Assembly (NCBI GenBank): GCA_963828525.1
Contig: CAWHEP010000002.1
Location: 480,001-544,000 of the forward strand
From: an uncultured Verrucomicrobiae bacterium
Lineage (GTDB): Bacteria > Verrucomicrobiota > Verrucomicrobiia > Chthoniobacterales > Chthoniobacteraceae
Direction: 5' to 3'
Length of the DNA stretch: 64,000 bases
Numbering within the stretch: position 1 is the first letter of the stretch; the number at the start of each line of letters is the position of its first letter. The notes beneath the pieces are model-generated. The model had not been told where the DNA came from. It ran no database searches and was given only the letters and a program-made list of their open reading frames with translations. The translations under genes were made by a program, and so were the position numbers. This document shows, one piece after another, positions 11,482-22,469 of this stretch.

Positions 11482-13150
11482 AAACCGCCGATCCGCTGCC
11501 CCAGCCGCCGAAACGTCCGCCGCGGGCCTCCGCGTTTTTGGTGGGCGCGGGGATTTTGCTCAGCCGTATCGCGGGGCTGGTGCGCGAGAGCTTCTTTGCG
11601 CATTACTTTGGCAATTCGCACGCGGCGGGCGCATTCCGGGCGGCGCATGCGCATTCCGAATTTTCTGCAGAACCTGCTTCGGCGAAGGGGTGCTCTCGGC
11701 CAGTTTTATCCCGGTCTATTCGCGGCTGCTGGAGGAGGGGAAAACGAAACTGGCCGGGCGGGTGGCCGGCATCGTGGCCAGCCTGCTCGCGCTGGCGGTA
11801 AGCGTGATCGTGCTGTGCGGGGTGCTGCTGACGCCGCTCTTCGTGGATTTCGTCGCGCCCGGGTTTCAACGGCGAGTTGCGGCTGCTCACGATCCACATC
11901 GTGCAGGTCATGTTTCCGGGCGTGGGCATCCTGGTGCTTGTCCGCCTGGTGCCTGGGCATCCTGAACAGCCACCGCATGTTTCTTCATCTCCTACGTGGC
12001 GCCGGTGCTGTGGAATGTGGCTATGATCGGCACGCATGCTGGGCTTCGGCGGGCTGCGGAACCAGGACTCGCTCGCCCTCACCCTGGCCTGGGGTTCCAT
12101 CGCGGGCGCCGCCCTCCAATTCGGCGTGCAGCTTCCTTTCATCTTCTTGCGAAAAGGGGCGGATGGACATGCGATTGGCGCGGATATCGTGCTCGGGCTG
12201 CAAATCGCGCTCGCGCCGGTGCGCCAGGTTTTCCGGAGCCTCGGGCCGGTGGTGATGAGCCGCGGGGTGGTGCAACTGAGCGCGTTTGTCGATACGCAGA
12301 TCGCGAGCTTCCTGGGAGCCGGCGCGCGTGGCCAGCCTCGGGCTACGCGCAGACGATCTACCTTCTGCCCATCAGTCTTTTCGGCATGTCGGTGGCGGCG
12401 GCGGAGCTGCCGGAGATGTCGCGCTCCACCGGCACGCAGGAGGAAATTTACGCCAAGCTGCGGAACCGCCTGGTCGGAGGGAAGAAGACCATTGCCTTTT
12501 ACGTGATCCCGAGCGTGGTCGGGTTTCTAATGCTGGGCCGGTTTATCGTTTCCGCCCTGTACCAGAGCGGGCAATTCGGGCGGCAGGATACGCTCTACGT
12601 CTGGTATATCCTGATGGGCTCCACGGTGGGAATGCTCGCGGCGACCTGGGGCCGGCTCTATTCCTCTGCTTTCTATGCGCTGCGCGATACGCGCACACCG
12701 CTAAATTTTGCGATCATCCGCGTGGTGCTCACGGGGGCGCTCGGGCGTGCTCTTCGCCTTTCCGCTGCGGCCGTTGCTGAGCAGCGTGATGTTGCAGGGT
12801 CTGCATCTGCCGCACACCCGTGCTGCCGGAAATTGAACGGGGCATGGGCGCGGTCGGGCTCACGCTCTCCGCCGGGCTTTCGGGGTGGATCGAGTTCCTG
12901 CTGTTGCGCCGAGCGTTGCAAGAGCGGATCGGGAGCACGGAGCTGCCGCGCTTGTTCGCGACGAAGATTTGGGCGGCGGCGCTGGTGGCGGGGGTGGGCG
13001 GATGGGGGGCGGGGCACTTCATTCACCTCGGGATTCGCTGGGCGAACCTGGGCGTGGTGATGGCGGCGTTTGGCGTGCTCTATGCGGGAGCTGACGCTGG
13101 TGCTGCGGGTGCCGCAGGCCCAGGCGTTGCTGTTGCGGCGGCGCGCGTGA
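11478..13150 (+). CDS. murJ: Lipid II flippase MurJ; frameshifted
   Basis: LSRIAGLVRE, RIPNFLQNL-GEGVLSASFIP, FYALRDTRTP; many TM segments. Confidence 0.95.
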
Positions 13151-13828
13151 TGTGCTCCAATTCGCCCGTGATCTCCCGGGTTTGTTCTTTCCTCCGCGGT
13201 TCTTCCTCCTGGGTGTTTCCGCCCGCGCCGATCTGAAATGGGACAGCACCACGGCCTTTACGACGGCGCGCGCCTTCGCAGGGCGCGGCCACGGCGCGTT
13301 TTTCTTTCACCAATACGGGCAGCTATCCCGGTCAAGATCGTCAGGGCACGGAGACCTCTTGCGGATGCACGGCGGCGGCGGTGGACCAGAAGGTTTTCGC
13401 GCCGGGGCAGAAGGGGCAGATTCATGTCACCTTCAAGACGCTTGAATCGCGACGGGCTTTACCAGGAGCCGATCAAGGTGGACACGGACGATCCCGCGGC
13501 CAGGGAGACGGAATCTGAACGTTGCGCATCCTGGTGAAGAATGCCATTTCGATCGACTCCGAGTTTCTTTTCTGGAAAGCGGGCGACGGGTTGAGACCGA
13601 AGGCGATGCTCGTCTCCGTGACGGATGGCTACAACGTGAAAGGGATGGAGGCGAAGGTGGATGGACGCGCAATTCCAGGTGGCCGTGCAGACGGTGAAAC
13701 CGGGCGCGACCTACCAAGGTGGTGGTGACGCCGAAAAGCGGGCACGACCAGGGCAACGGTGACGGTGACCCCGCAGATCGAAGGGCAGACGGTAAAGGGC
13801 ATCCACCGCTCACCTGCGCGCGGCCTAG
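13150..13828 (+). CDS. DUF1573-type Ig-like exported protein; frameshifted
   Basis: Signal-like N-terminus; FSFTNTG..TSCGCT..FAPGQKGQIHVTF; IKVDTDDP. Confidence 0.75.
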
Positions 13829-13833
13829 AGACG

Positions 13834-14245
13834 ATGCGCGCGGCATTCCGCCAGGGGATGGCCTTGCTGCTGCTGGCCGTCGTTCCCGCCTGGCGGCCGG
13901 CCTCTGGCATCCGAAGCGGCCGGCGTGGCAATCCGACGAAGTCACCATGGCCACTGCGGAAGGCTGGGGCGCGGGCGCGTTGTGGATCGATGCGCGGCCC
14001 GGGAGCCGATTTCGCCCGCGCCCATGTGCCGGGCGCGCTTTCGCTGAACGAGGATGAGTGGGACACGGCTGGTGCCGGCCGTGCTGGACCGGTGGGAGCC
14101 GGATGGCAAGGTGGTCGTCTATTGCAGCAGCCTCAGTTGCCAGGCCAGCCACGAGGTGGCGCGGCGGCTGCGCGAGAAAATGAACCTGCCGAACGTCTAT
14201 GTGCTGCAAGGCGGCTGGGAGGCCTGGCAGCGCCGCCACCCATGA
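13834..14245 (+). CDS. Rhodanese-like domain protein, N-terminally anchored
   Basis: LWIDARP, FARAHVPGALSL, VVVYCSSLSCQAS, VYVLQGGWEAW. Confidence 0.88.
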
Positions 14246-14652
14246 CGCGGCCCCGCATCGCCGCCGGGCTTGATCGGCCTGGTACTGCTGGCGGCCGGCG
14301 TGCTGAAGGCGGCCGATCCCGCCAGCGTTTGCGGTGGTAGTGCGGAACTACCGGCTGCTGCCCTGGGCGGGGGATGTGCTGGTGGCGCTCTATCTGCCCT
14401 GGCTGGAGATCGTTTGCGGGGGGCCTTGCTGCTGAGGGTTGGCTACCGGGGCGCGCTCTGGATCGCGGCGCTGCTCATGGCGGTTTTCCTGGCGGCCTAC
14501 GGCAGCACGCGGCTGCGCGGGCTGGATGTGGCGTGCGGCTGCTTCGGCGAGCGGAATCCATCGCAGGCCCGCGCGGCACTGCTGGTCTCCGATGCAATCA
14601 TGCTGGCGGCGTCCTGCTCTGGATTTTGATAGCGGAGCAGCGCCGCAAATGA
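14242..14652 (+). CDS. MauE/DoxX family redox-associated membrane protein
   Basis: AGVLKAADP, LPWLEI (alternate frame), RGLDVACGCFG. Confidence 0.88.
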
Positions 14653-14691
14653 CCTGTCGCAGCGAGGCTAAAGCGTGCGAAGTACGGCCGC

Positions 14692-15257
14692 ATGAAATTT
14701 TGGCTGCAAACGGGACTGGTCGCTCGCGGCGCTTTGGCTCGTGGCTGCCGGGGTGATCTATTTACATGTGCGCCAGCAGCGGCCCACGGCGGGAAGCTGA
14801 CCGCTTATCATCCAGGGGCAGGATATCGGCGGCCTGTCCGGAGAGGCGCGGGCGCGGCGGCATCAAAGTGCGGAGGATATGCTCAACGGCCTGACCTTTG
14901 AGGAGCGGCAGCAGATGGATCGCTCGGGCGTGACGCGGAATTTCTTTCGCGAACTTACGCCGGATGAGCAGGGGGCCTTTCTCGATGCCACGCTGCCGAC
15001 CGGCTTCAAGCAAATGATGGAATCGTTTAACAGGATGGACCCGGCCAAGCGGAAGGCCTTCGTGGAGCGCGCCGTGCGAGCGGATGAAGGAGCACCCGGG
15101 CGATGCGCCGCCGCCGAATGACAAGATGGACCAGCGGGTCGTTGCGCAGGGGTTGAAGTCGTTTTACAGCGATGCGAACGCGGATGTGAAACTCGACATG
15201 GCGCCCCTCATCGAGCAAATGCAGCAGAACCTGCAGAACCCGGGGCAAAGATGGTAA
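14692..15257 (+). CDS. Hypothetical membrane-anchored helical protein; frameshifted
   Basis: N-terminal TM, then MLNGLTFEERQQM..GFKQMMESFNRMDPAKRKAFVERA..LDMAPLIEQMQQNLQ; stop overlaps the next start. Confidence 0.7.
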
Positions 15258-15784
15258 CGAGAAAGCGCGGCCGCGGTTTCACCTTGGTGGAACTGCTGGT
15301 GGTGGTGGCGATCATCGCGGTGCTGGCGGCTTTGGCGGCGCCCGTTTCCTCGCGCGTGATCCAGTCGGGCAAAGCCTCGGCGTGCCTTTCGAACCTGCGG
15401 CAGTTGGGCGCCGCGCTTGAGCTCCTATCTCGCCGAGCATAACCAAATGATGCCGAAGCTGCAGGCGGGCCGGCATTCCCTTTCCGAGGATATCCCGGTG
15501 ATCGACAATACCTTGAATGCGTATGCCACGGACCCGCGCATCTTTGCCTGCCCGGCGGATAACAAGGGGTTCGCGACCAGTACCGGCACCAGTTACTATT
15601 GGAACGTCGCACTCAGCGGCCAGGCGGTCAGTCATTTGCAATTTCTCCAGGTTACCGATCACGCAGCCAGATTCCGATCCTGTCCGACAAGGAAGGCTTC
15701 CATCCTTATATCTCCAACCGGGTCAACCTCCTCTACGCGGACGGGCACGCGACGCAGGATCTGCAGTTTACCACCGGCCAATGA
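15251..15784 (+). CDS. Prepilin-type N-terminal cleavage/methylation protein with H-X9-DG C-terminal motif
   Basis: RG-FTLVELLVVVAIIAVLA, CLSNLRQLG, FACPAD, FHPYISNRVNLLYADGHA. Confidence 0.9.
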
Positions 15785-16670
15785 TCCGGCTTGATCATTT
15801 GTCCAAGACCTTCGGCTCCCGTTGCGCGCTGGAGGAGTCTGTCGCTGGAGATTCCGCAGGGGCAAATCTTTGGATTACTCGGTCATAACGGCGCGGGCAA
15901 GAGCACTACATTTGGGATGATTCTGGGGCAGGTGCATCCCACCGCCGGCACCGCCTTTATCCGCGATATCTCCGTGCAGCGGAATCGCCTCCAGGCCTTG
16001 CGCGGCGTCGGGGCAATCTTCGAGACGCCGGCGTTTTACGATTACCTGAGCGGCTGGACAAACCTTTGCATCTTCACCGCCTACACGGCGCGGCTGCCGA
16101 AAGAGACAGATCATGGAAACGGTGCGGTTCGCCGGGCTGGAGAAGCGCATTCACGATCCGGTGCGCGTCTACAGCCACGGCATGCGCCAGCGGCTCGCGC
16201 TGGCCCAGGCGCTGCTGCCCCGGCCCGACCTGGTGCTGCTGGACGAGCCCGCCGAGGGACTCGATCCCGAGGGGATTCACGAGATGCGCCACCTTATCCT
16301 GCGGCTGAATCGCGAGCAAGGGATGACGGTCGTGCTCTCTTCGCACCTGCTCTCCGAGGTGGAGCAGCTTTGCGACCGCATCGCCGTTCTGAACCAGGGC
16401 CGCATGATCTTCAATGGCCAGTGGGCCGAACTGGCGGGCGAGGGGGGCCGCTTCCGGCTGGAGGTGGACGACTGGGAGAAGGCCGCCGCCGTTGCCGCAT
16501 CGCTGCCTGGATTCAAGCTCGGCACGGATCGCATGCTATCTGTTTCCGCGGAAAGCGATGTCTCCGCCCTGGTGGCGGCCCTGGTGCAGGCCGGGGTAAA
16601 AGTGCGGGCGGTGGAGCCGGTGAAACAAAGCCTGGAAGAAATCTACCTGGGGATGGTGGCCGCAGCATGA
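15781..16670 (+). CDS. ABC transporter ATP-binding protein (BcrA-like)
   Basis: GHNGAGKST, YSHGMRQRL, LLDEPAEGLDP, SSHLLSEVEQ. Confidence 0.93.
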
Positions 16671-17513
16671 TGCTTTTTCTCCTCCAGCTCTGGAATGAGT
16701 TGCGCAAGATGTTCGCGCGCAAGCGCACTTACATCGGCTTCGGCGCCTTCTTCGTCGTGGAGTGCGGCATGCTCTTCCTGCTGAATCTGCCCAAGCCAAG
16801 GATCAGCTTCCAGCATCTCATCGAGCGGAACGGTTATGGTTTCGAGGAATACTACTCGGGGCTGACCCTGGCGTTGATGATGGTCATTTGGACGACCACG
16901 CTCGCTCGGTTCGCTCTATCTCGCGCTGGTGGCCGGCGATCTGATGGCGAAGGAAGTGGAGGAGGGGACGATGCGGATGCTGCATGTGCCGGCCGGTCTC
17001 GCGGCTTCGGGTGGCGTTGCTGAAGTATCTTTCCGCGGTCATTTATACCTTTGTGCTGGTGGAGTTTATCGGCATCTCCGCGCTGGCGGCGGGGATCGTT
17101 TACCGCGGCTATGGCGGGTTATTTGTCTTTGCGCCGCTGGAGGGGGTCTTCGCGCTCTTCGAGCGCGGACTGGGGCTGCGGCTTTTCCTGGAGGCGATGC
17201 CCTTGCTGGCGCTTTCCATGGTCAGCATCAGCAGCCTCGGATTTCTGTTTTCCTGCTGCAACATGAAGCCGGCGGCGGCGAGCATCGTGACTCTTTCCAT
17301 TATCTTTCTCGACTTCATTTTCCACGGCATTCCTTACTTCGAGAGCCTGAAAGGTTTACTTCATTACCACTCATCTTTCCGCCTGGATTCAGTTATTCCA
17401 GAATTATCCGCCTTGGTGGCGAATGGGCGGAGGATTACACTTACCTGCTCGGACTGGATGCCACCTGCTTCATTCTTGGCGCCGCGATTTTTCACCAGCG
17501 GGATTTGAAGTAG
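16667..17513 (+). CDS. ABC transporter permease; frameshifted
   Basis: Multiple TM segments; AGDLMAKEVEEGTMRML, RPVSRLR, C-terminal FHQRDLK. Confidence 0.9.
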
Positions 17514-17525
17514 CTGCGCAAGTCT

Positions 17526-19455
17526 TTAACTCGACAGCGCTTCCCACTCCTTGGTCAGCTTTAGCAGTTCCGCTTCCACGGAGGATAGCTCCCGGTTCAG
17601 CCGCACCGCGTCTCCGCCCGCCTCATAGGCGTCCGGGGCTTCCAGGGAGGCGGCAATTTCCCGCTGCCGGCCCTTCCAGGGAAAAGATGCGCATTTCCAG
17701 GCCCTGCGCGTGCTTCTCGCGGTCCCGCTTGGCTTTCGCCTCGGCCTTGCGCTTCTCTGCTTCCTGGCGGCGCTGCTCGCGCATTTCCTTCATGCCGAGC
17801 GCCGGCGTCCGTTCGGCGGCTTCCGGCAGCCTGCGCCGGCTGGGCGTTTTGCAGCTTGTCCCCGGCCACGAGCGCGCCGCGCTCGGAGGTCGCCCGCGAC
17901 TTATCCAGGTAATATTGGTAATCGCCGGGGTAGAAGGTCAGCTTCCCCGCGCTGATGTGCAGCAGCGTGGTGGCGATGGCGCGGATGAAATGCACGTCGT
18001 GGCTGATGAAGATGAGCGTGCCCTCGTACTGCTTGAGCGCGCCGATGAGCGCATCGATGCTGCCGATATCCAGGTGCGTGGTCGGCTCGTCCATGAGCAG
18101 CAGGTTCGGCGGGTCGAGCAGCAGCTTCACCAGCGCCAGCCGCGTCTTCTCGCCGCCGCTCAGCACGGCCACCGGCTTGAAGACATCGTCGTCGCGAAAC
18201 AGGAACGAGCCCAGCACCGTGCGCGCCATTTGTTCGGAGACCGGATTCTCCATATCCTGCACGCTCTCCAGCACGGTCTGCTTCGGGTCCAGCATCTCCA
18301 CGCGGTGTTGGGAGAAGTAGCCGACCTTTACGTTGTGCCCGAGCTCGCGGTCGCCGTGCTGCACCGGCAGCGCGCCGCCGAGCAGTTTCAGCAGCGTCGA
18401 TTTGCCCGCGCCGTTCGGCCCCACCAGCACGGTGCGCTGCCCGCGCTCCGCCTCGTAGTTCGATCCCGTCATAAACCGTCAGGTCGCCGTAGGCGTGATG
18501 CACATCCTTCAGCGCAATCACGCGCTGCCCGCTGCGCGGCGGCTGCGGAAAGCGGAAGTGGACCGTCTTCTCCTGCGCTGAGCGGCGCCTCGATCTTGTC
18601 CATGCGCTCGATCTGCTTCAGCTTGCTCTGCGCCTGGCTGGCCTTGCTCGCCTTCGCGCGGAAGCGGTCCGCAAATTCCTGCAGCGTCGCGATTTCCTTC
18701 TGCTGGTTTTTGTAGGCGGAGAGCTGCTGCTCCTCGCGCGCCGCCTTTTGCTCGATGTAGCTGTCCCAGTTTCCGCGGTAGCGCGTGAGCCGCCGGTGCG
18801 CGATCTCCACGATGCTGCCGACGAGCTTGTTCAGGAACTCCCGGTCGTGCGAGATCATCAGAATCGCGCCCGGGTAATCCAGCAGGTATTGCTGGAACCA
18901 GACGAGCGATTCGAGGTCGAGGTGGTTCGTCGGCTCGTCGAGCAGCAGCAGATCCGGCTCCTGCACCAGCAGCCGCGCCAGGTGCGCCCGCATGATCCAG
19001 CCGCCGCTCATGGTGCGCACCGGGCGGTCGAAATCCGATTGCCGGAAGGCCAGCCCGGCGAGGATGCGCTTGGCCTTCGGCTCGAGCTGCCAGCCGCCTT
19101 CCTCGTCGAAAATGCGGAGCGCCTCGTGGTGCTCCGGCGAATCCTCCGGCGTGGTCTTCATGGCGCGCAGGGCGGCCGCGATGGCCGGCGAGACCGAGCA
19201 GGCCAGCTCCAGCACCGTCTCATCCCCGGCCGGCGCGCTCTCCTGCGGCAGAAAGCCGATGCTGGCCGCGCGCTCCAGGGAGACGCGCCCTTCATCCGGC
19301 GAGGCCTCGCCGAGGATGAGCGAAAAGAGGGTCGATTTCCCCGCGCCATTGGGCCCCACCAGGCCCACGCGGTCGCCGCGGTTCACCTGCAGCGAGGCAT
19401 CCTCGAAGAGGACGCGGCCGCCGAAAGATTTGCTGACTTGAGAGATGGTGAGCAT
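17526..19455 (-). CDS. ABC-F family ATPase (Uup/YheS-like); frameshifted
   Basis: Two NBDs (GPNGAGKS twice, MSGGWIMR, LSGGEKTR, LLLDEPTNHLD), KASKASQAQS linker, no TM. Confidence 0.95.
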
Positions 19456-19662
19456 GGGAAAGGGCGTGAATCTTCTTCGCCCGCGCGCCGAGCGCAAGCC
19501 TCCGCGAATGGCCCGTGCGCGCGCACTCCGGTGCCGCCACCCGATTCTTGAATACATCAATGAATAAGCCGGGGCCAGCCGCGGTCTAATTTCACAGGTG
19601 CATCGCCTTCGCTGCTCCGGCGGAAAACTCCGCGACGAACCAACTCAAGAAAACAACCGTAA

Positions 19663-19956
19663 ATGAAAACCATCCAGAAACTCCTCCTTGGCCTGCTCGC
19701 CATCGCGACTCTCGCCATCGCCACGCCCGCGCAAGCCTACGATCACCACGACCGCAATTACCACGACCGCAATTACCGCGGCGGCTATAGCCATTCCTAC
19801 CGTTACTCCCACGGATACTATGGCTATGACTACGGTCGTCACTTCTACCCGTACTACGGCGGCCCGCGGCCTTACTACTATGGGCCGTATTACGCGCCCG
19901 CTTACTATCCCGGCGTGGTGGTATCCCCCCGGCGTCATTTCTTCTTTTTCTTCTAG
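19663..19956 (+). CDS. Small secreted Tyr/Gly/His/Arg-rich protein
   Basis: Intact 97-aa ORF; signal peptide ending AQA; low-complexity mature part; A-rich leader. Confidence 0.8.
   Translation: MKTIQKLLLGLLAIATLAIATPAQAYDHHDRNYHDRNYRGGYSHSYRYSHGYYGYDYGRHFYPYYGGPRPYYYGPYYAPAYYPGVVVSPRRHFFFFF
19747..19776 (+). repeat. 15-nt tandem repeat x2 (CACGACCGCAATTAC) encoding HDRNY
   Basis: Exact direct duplication in the sequence. Confidence 0.9.
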
Positions 19957-19964
19957 GAAGAAGA

Positions 19965-21460
19965 TCAGTGCGTGCCCGGCGGCAGCTTTTCTGCCGCCGC
20001 GGTGAGGGGAAGCGGCTGCTGCTCCATCTTAAAGAGCCGTTCAAAACGCGCCTTCGCATTAGCGCTGCCATGTTTGGCCAGGTGAACCGTGCGCGGACGA
20101 TGGCTTCGCCAGATCGGTGAAGCGCACCAGCAACGCCTCTTCCTCGTCCAGCGCGTCGTCGGCCCGGTCGAAACGGTCCTGCGTCTCCTCGATCTCCCGG
20201 CAGCGGGCGGCGTCTTTGCTTAGCTGCTCGGCGGCGCCTTTGGTGGCGCTGTCGTAATCGCGTGCATCCCGCCACCGCAGCGCGGGCCAGTGGGCGAAGA
20301 GCGCGTGCAGATTGTCCAGGCGAAGGGCATTGAGCTTGTCCTGCGCTTCGCGGTAGGCCTGGGTCTGCCGGGGCTGGGCGGCGGGCTGGCTGAACATGAG
20401 GCGATCATAGGCGTCCAGCAGGCGGTGCTCGCCGCCGAGCCCCAGCCGGGCGGAGAGCGCATCCAGGGCCGCGCGTTGGGCCGGGGTGGCTGCGGCAGAG
20501 ATGAGCCGCGAAGGGGGAGCCAAAGATATCGGCGTCGCTCATTTCGGAATACCGCCGCAGGAAGAGCATGGAACTGCAGACCGGCGTGTCGATCGATTCG
20601 TCGTGGATCAAGGCATGGCAGAAGGCCTCGTGGCAGGTCACCGATGCCATCGCCATCGTAATCGGCGCCCGTGACGGGCTGTCCCAGCCGGTCGTGGCCC
20701 GAAAGCGCCCCGAAGAAATAGGAGGAGAAATCCTGGTAGAGCGGCGAGTTCGTTTCCGTGCCGCAGCCGGCGGCTTCGCGGTCGCTTTCCGCGGCGAAAA
20801 AAGCGGCCATCGGGCGCTCCAGCGCCGGCGAGATCCGGGTTGCCTTTCCGAAAGAGCACGGCGCCGAAGCCGCCGCTGAAGCACTGCGCCATCACGAGCG
20901 TGACCGGCACGCGCGGGCGGCAGCTGCTCGATCTCGCGCGCCAGCGCGGGCGGGATCCAGGTTCTCCTTGCCCCAGAGATTGTAAAAGGAGCCGCCGCCG
21001 TTTTCTCCCCGACCGGTGGAGCCGTGCCCGGCGAAATAGATGAGCACCGGCGCGCTGCCCGGCCCAGCCAGGCGGGTGAAGGCGCGGTGAATCGCGGCCG
21101 AGCCGCGCCGGGCCATCCAGCCGCACGCCGAGCTCCGGGGCGCGGGTCAGGATTTTCGCGCCGAGATCGTCATTCGGCAGCAGGATGTCCAGGGCGCGCT
21201 GACCCGGCGGGCAGGCCCGCGGAGTCGGTGTAGAGAGGCTGCGGTTCTCCGGCTTGCCATCCGCGAAGAGGACGATCCGGCCGGCGGAGGCGGGCACGAG
21301 GCCGGTGACGAAGCGGAGGTGTTCCTCGATCTGGGCGGTGTTATCCGCCTTGTCCGGGCCGCCGCCCACCAGCAGGGCGCGCAAGAGGGCGGCGCGGGCG
21401 CGGCAGGCGCGAGAGCTGCCGTCAGGATAGAAAAGCCAGGGGCCGCCAGGGAATTCTCAC
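19965..21460 (-). CDS. Secreted clan CD (caspase/legumain-fold) cysteine peptidase-like protein with helical C-terminus; frameshifted
   Basis: ALLVGGG, VLIYFAGHGS (His-Gly), VTLVMAQCFSGGF (Cys), ADYDGDG. Confidence 0.7.
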
Positions 21461-21605
21461 AAGGAAAATGCGAAGCTGAACAGGAGGAGCAGGTCGATTG
21501 TCTGGGATCTGGATTCTTCTGTGCCATGAGCGGCCCGGCCAATTTCGCTCCCCAGTTTCCGGAAAAGGAGCGCAATTTGTCGCTCGACCGCCGAAATCTC
21601 AGCGC

Positions 21606-22198
21606 ATGAACAGCACGACCTCGGACCTTCCTTCCAGAGCCCCAGCCGCGCCCGGAACGCTATTTCCGCGGTTTACGAATACGTGGAGAACAACCCCATG
21701 GCCGCCGTCGTCCAGGCGCTGGCCGCCGGTTTTGTCATCGGGCTGATCATCCGCTGGCTGGAGGGCTCCGGCGAAAAGGAAGGGACGCAAGGATGTCGAT
21801 ATCGACCACAAGCCGAGCCTGGAGGAGGCGAAATTTCACCTCGGCTCGCTGCTGCTCCCTTTCCTCTGGCCCGCCTGGCAGAAGACGCGGCAGAAATACG
21901 GCGAATCCGCGGAGACCATTCAGGAAGCGGTCAGCAAGCTCAAGAAATCCGACCTGGCGAAGATCGGGGCAAAGAAGGCGAAACTGGCGGCGAAATGGGC
22001 CGACCAGGGAAGCGGCCAATCTCTCCAAGAGCGGGCAAGAAAACCAAAGCAGCAGATCCTCGAGTGGCTGGAGCAGGAGGCGGCGGAGTTGGCCAAAACC
22101 GGCAAGAAAACCGCAAAGCAAGTGGAGGACTGGGTGGACGACGAAGTCATGCCCTCTGCCTGCGAAGGCTGGAAGAAGCTGAAGAAGCTCTGGTCTTA
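21606..22198 (+). CDS. Hypothetical protein with two hydrophobic segments and Lys/Glu-rich helical tail
   Basis: YVENNPMAAVVQALAAGFVIGLII, LGSLLLPFLWP, charged amphipathic repeats; frameshifted. Confidence 0.6.
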
Positions 22199-22217
22199 AA
22201 GGGTCTTTGAGGGAAAT

Positions 22218-22450
22218 CAGGTCCCCTCGGTTAGGGGGAGCCGTCCTTGGCCTATCCGGACGGCAACTGGAACCGGAGTTCTCCGGAAACGGGCCTGTGT
22301 GCACGCCGTCGTGCGCGGCGATGACATAAACGTCAGCGGCAACAGTGATTTTAACCTGTTTGTCGCAGGGCTGCAACATCGTGGCCTCAGCGTGCGTCCC
22401 TTCGTCGGGAGCTTTCACTCTCCTTTTGAGGGTTTCCGGCGTGCACCACA
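22218..22450 (+). ncRNA. Candidate structured RNA / 5' leader, family unknown
   Basis: Two adjacent multi-stem domains closed by CAGGTCC/GGGCCTG and GTGCACGCCG/CGGCGTGCAC; ends ~20 nt before a start codon. Confidence 0.45.
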
Positions 22451-22469
22451 ACCAATTGCCCTAATCATT

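Noticed and set aside
22218..22450. Assignment to cobalamin, Moco or NiCo riboswitch families
   Set aside because: Only fragments resemble them (GGAA-CCGG, GGAAAC, GCAACAG). The B12 box/GCCACUG, the Moco GCCUCCC and the NiCo GAGCAGGC/GUGGGAC cores are absent.
22299..22469. 57-codon N-terminal extension of the first PEP-CTERM ORF
   Set aside because: A clean signal peptide starts at ATG 22470; the extension overlaps the structured region and looks non-coding.
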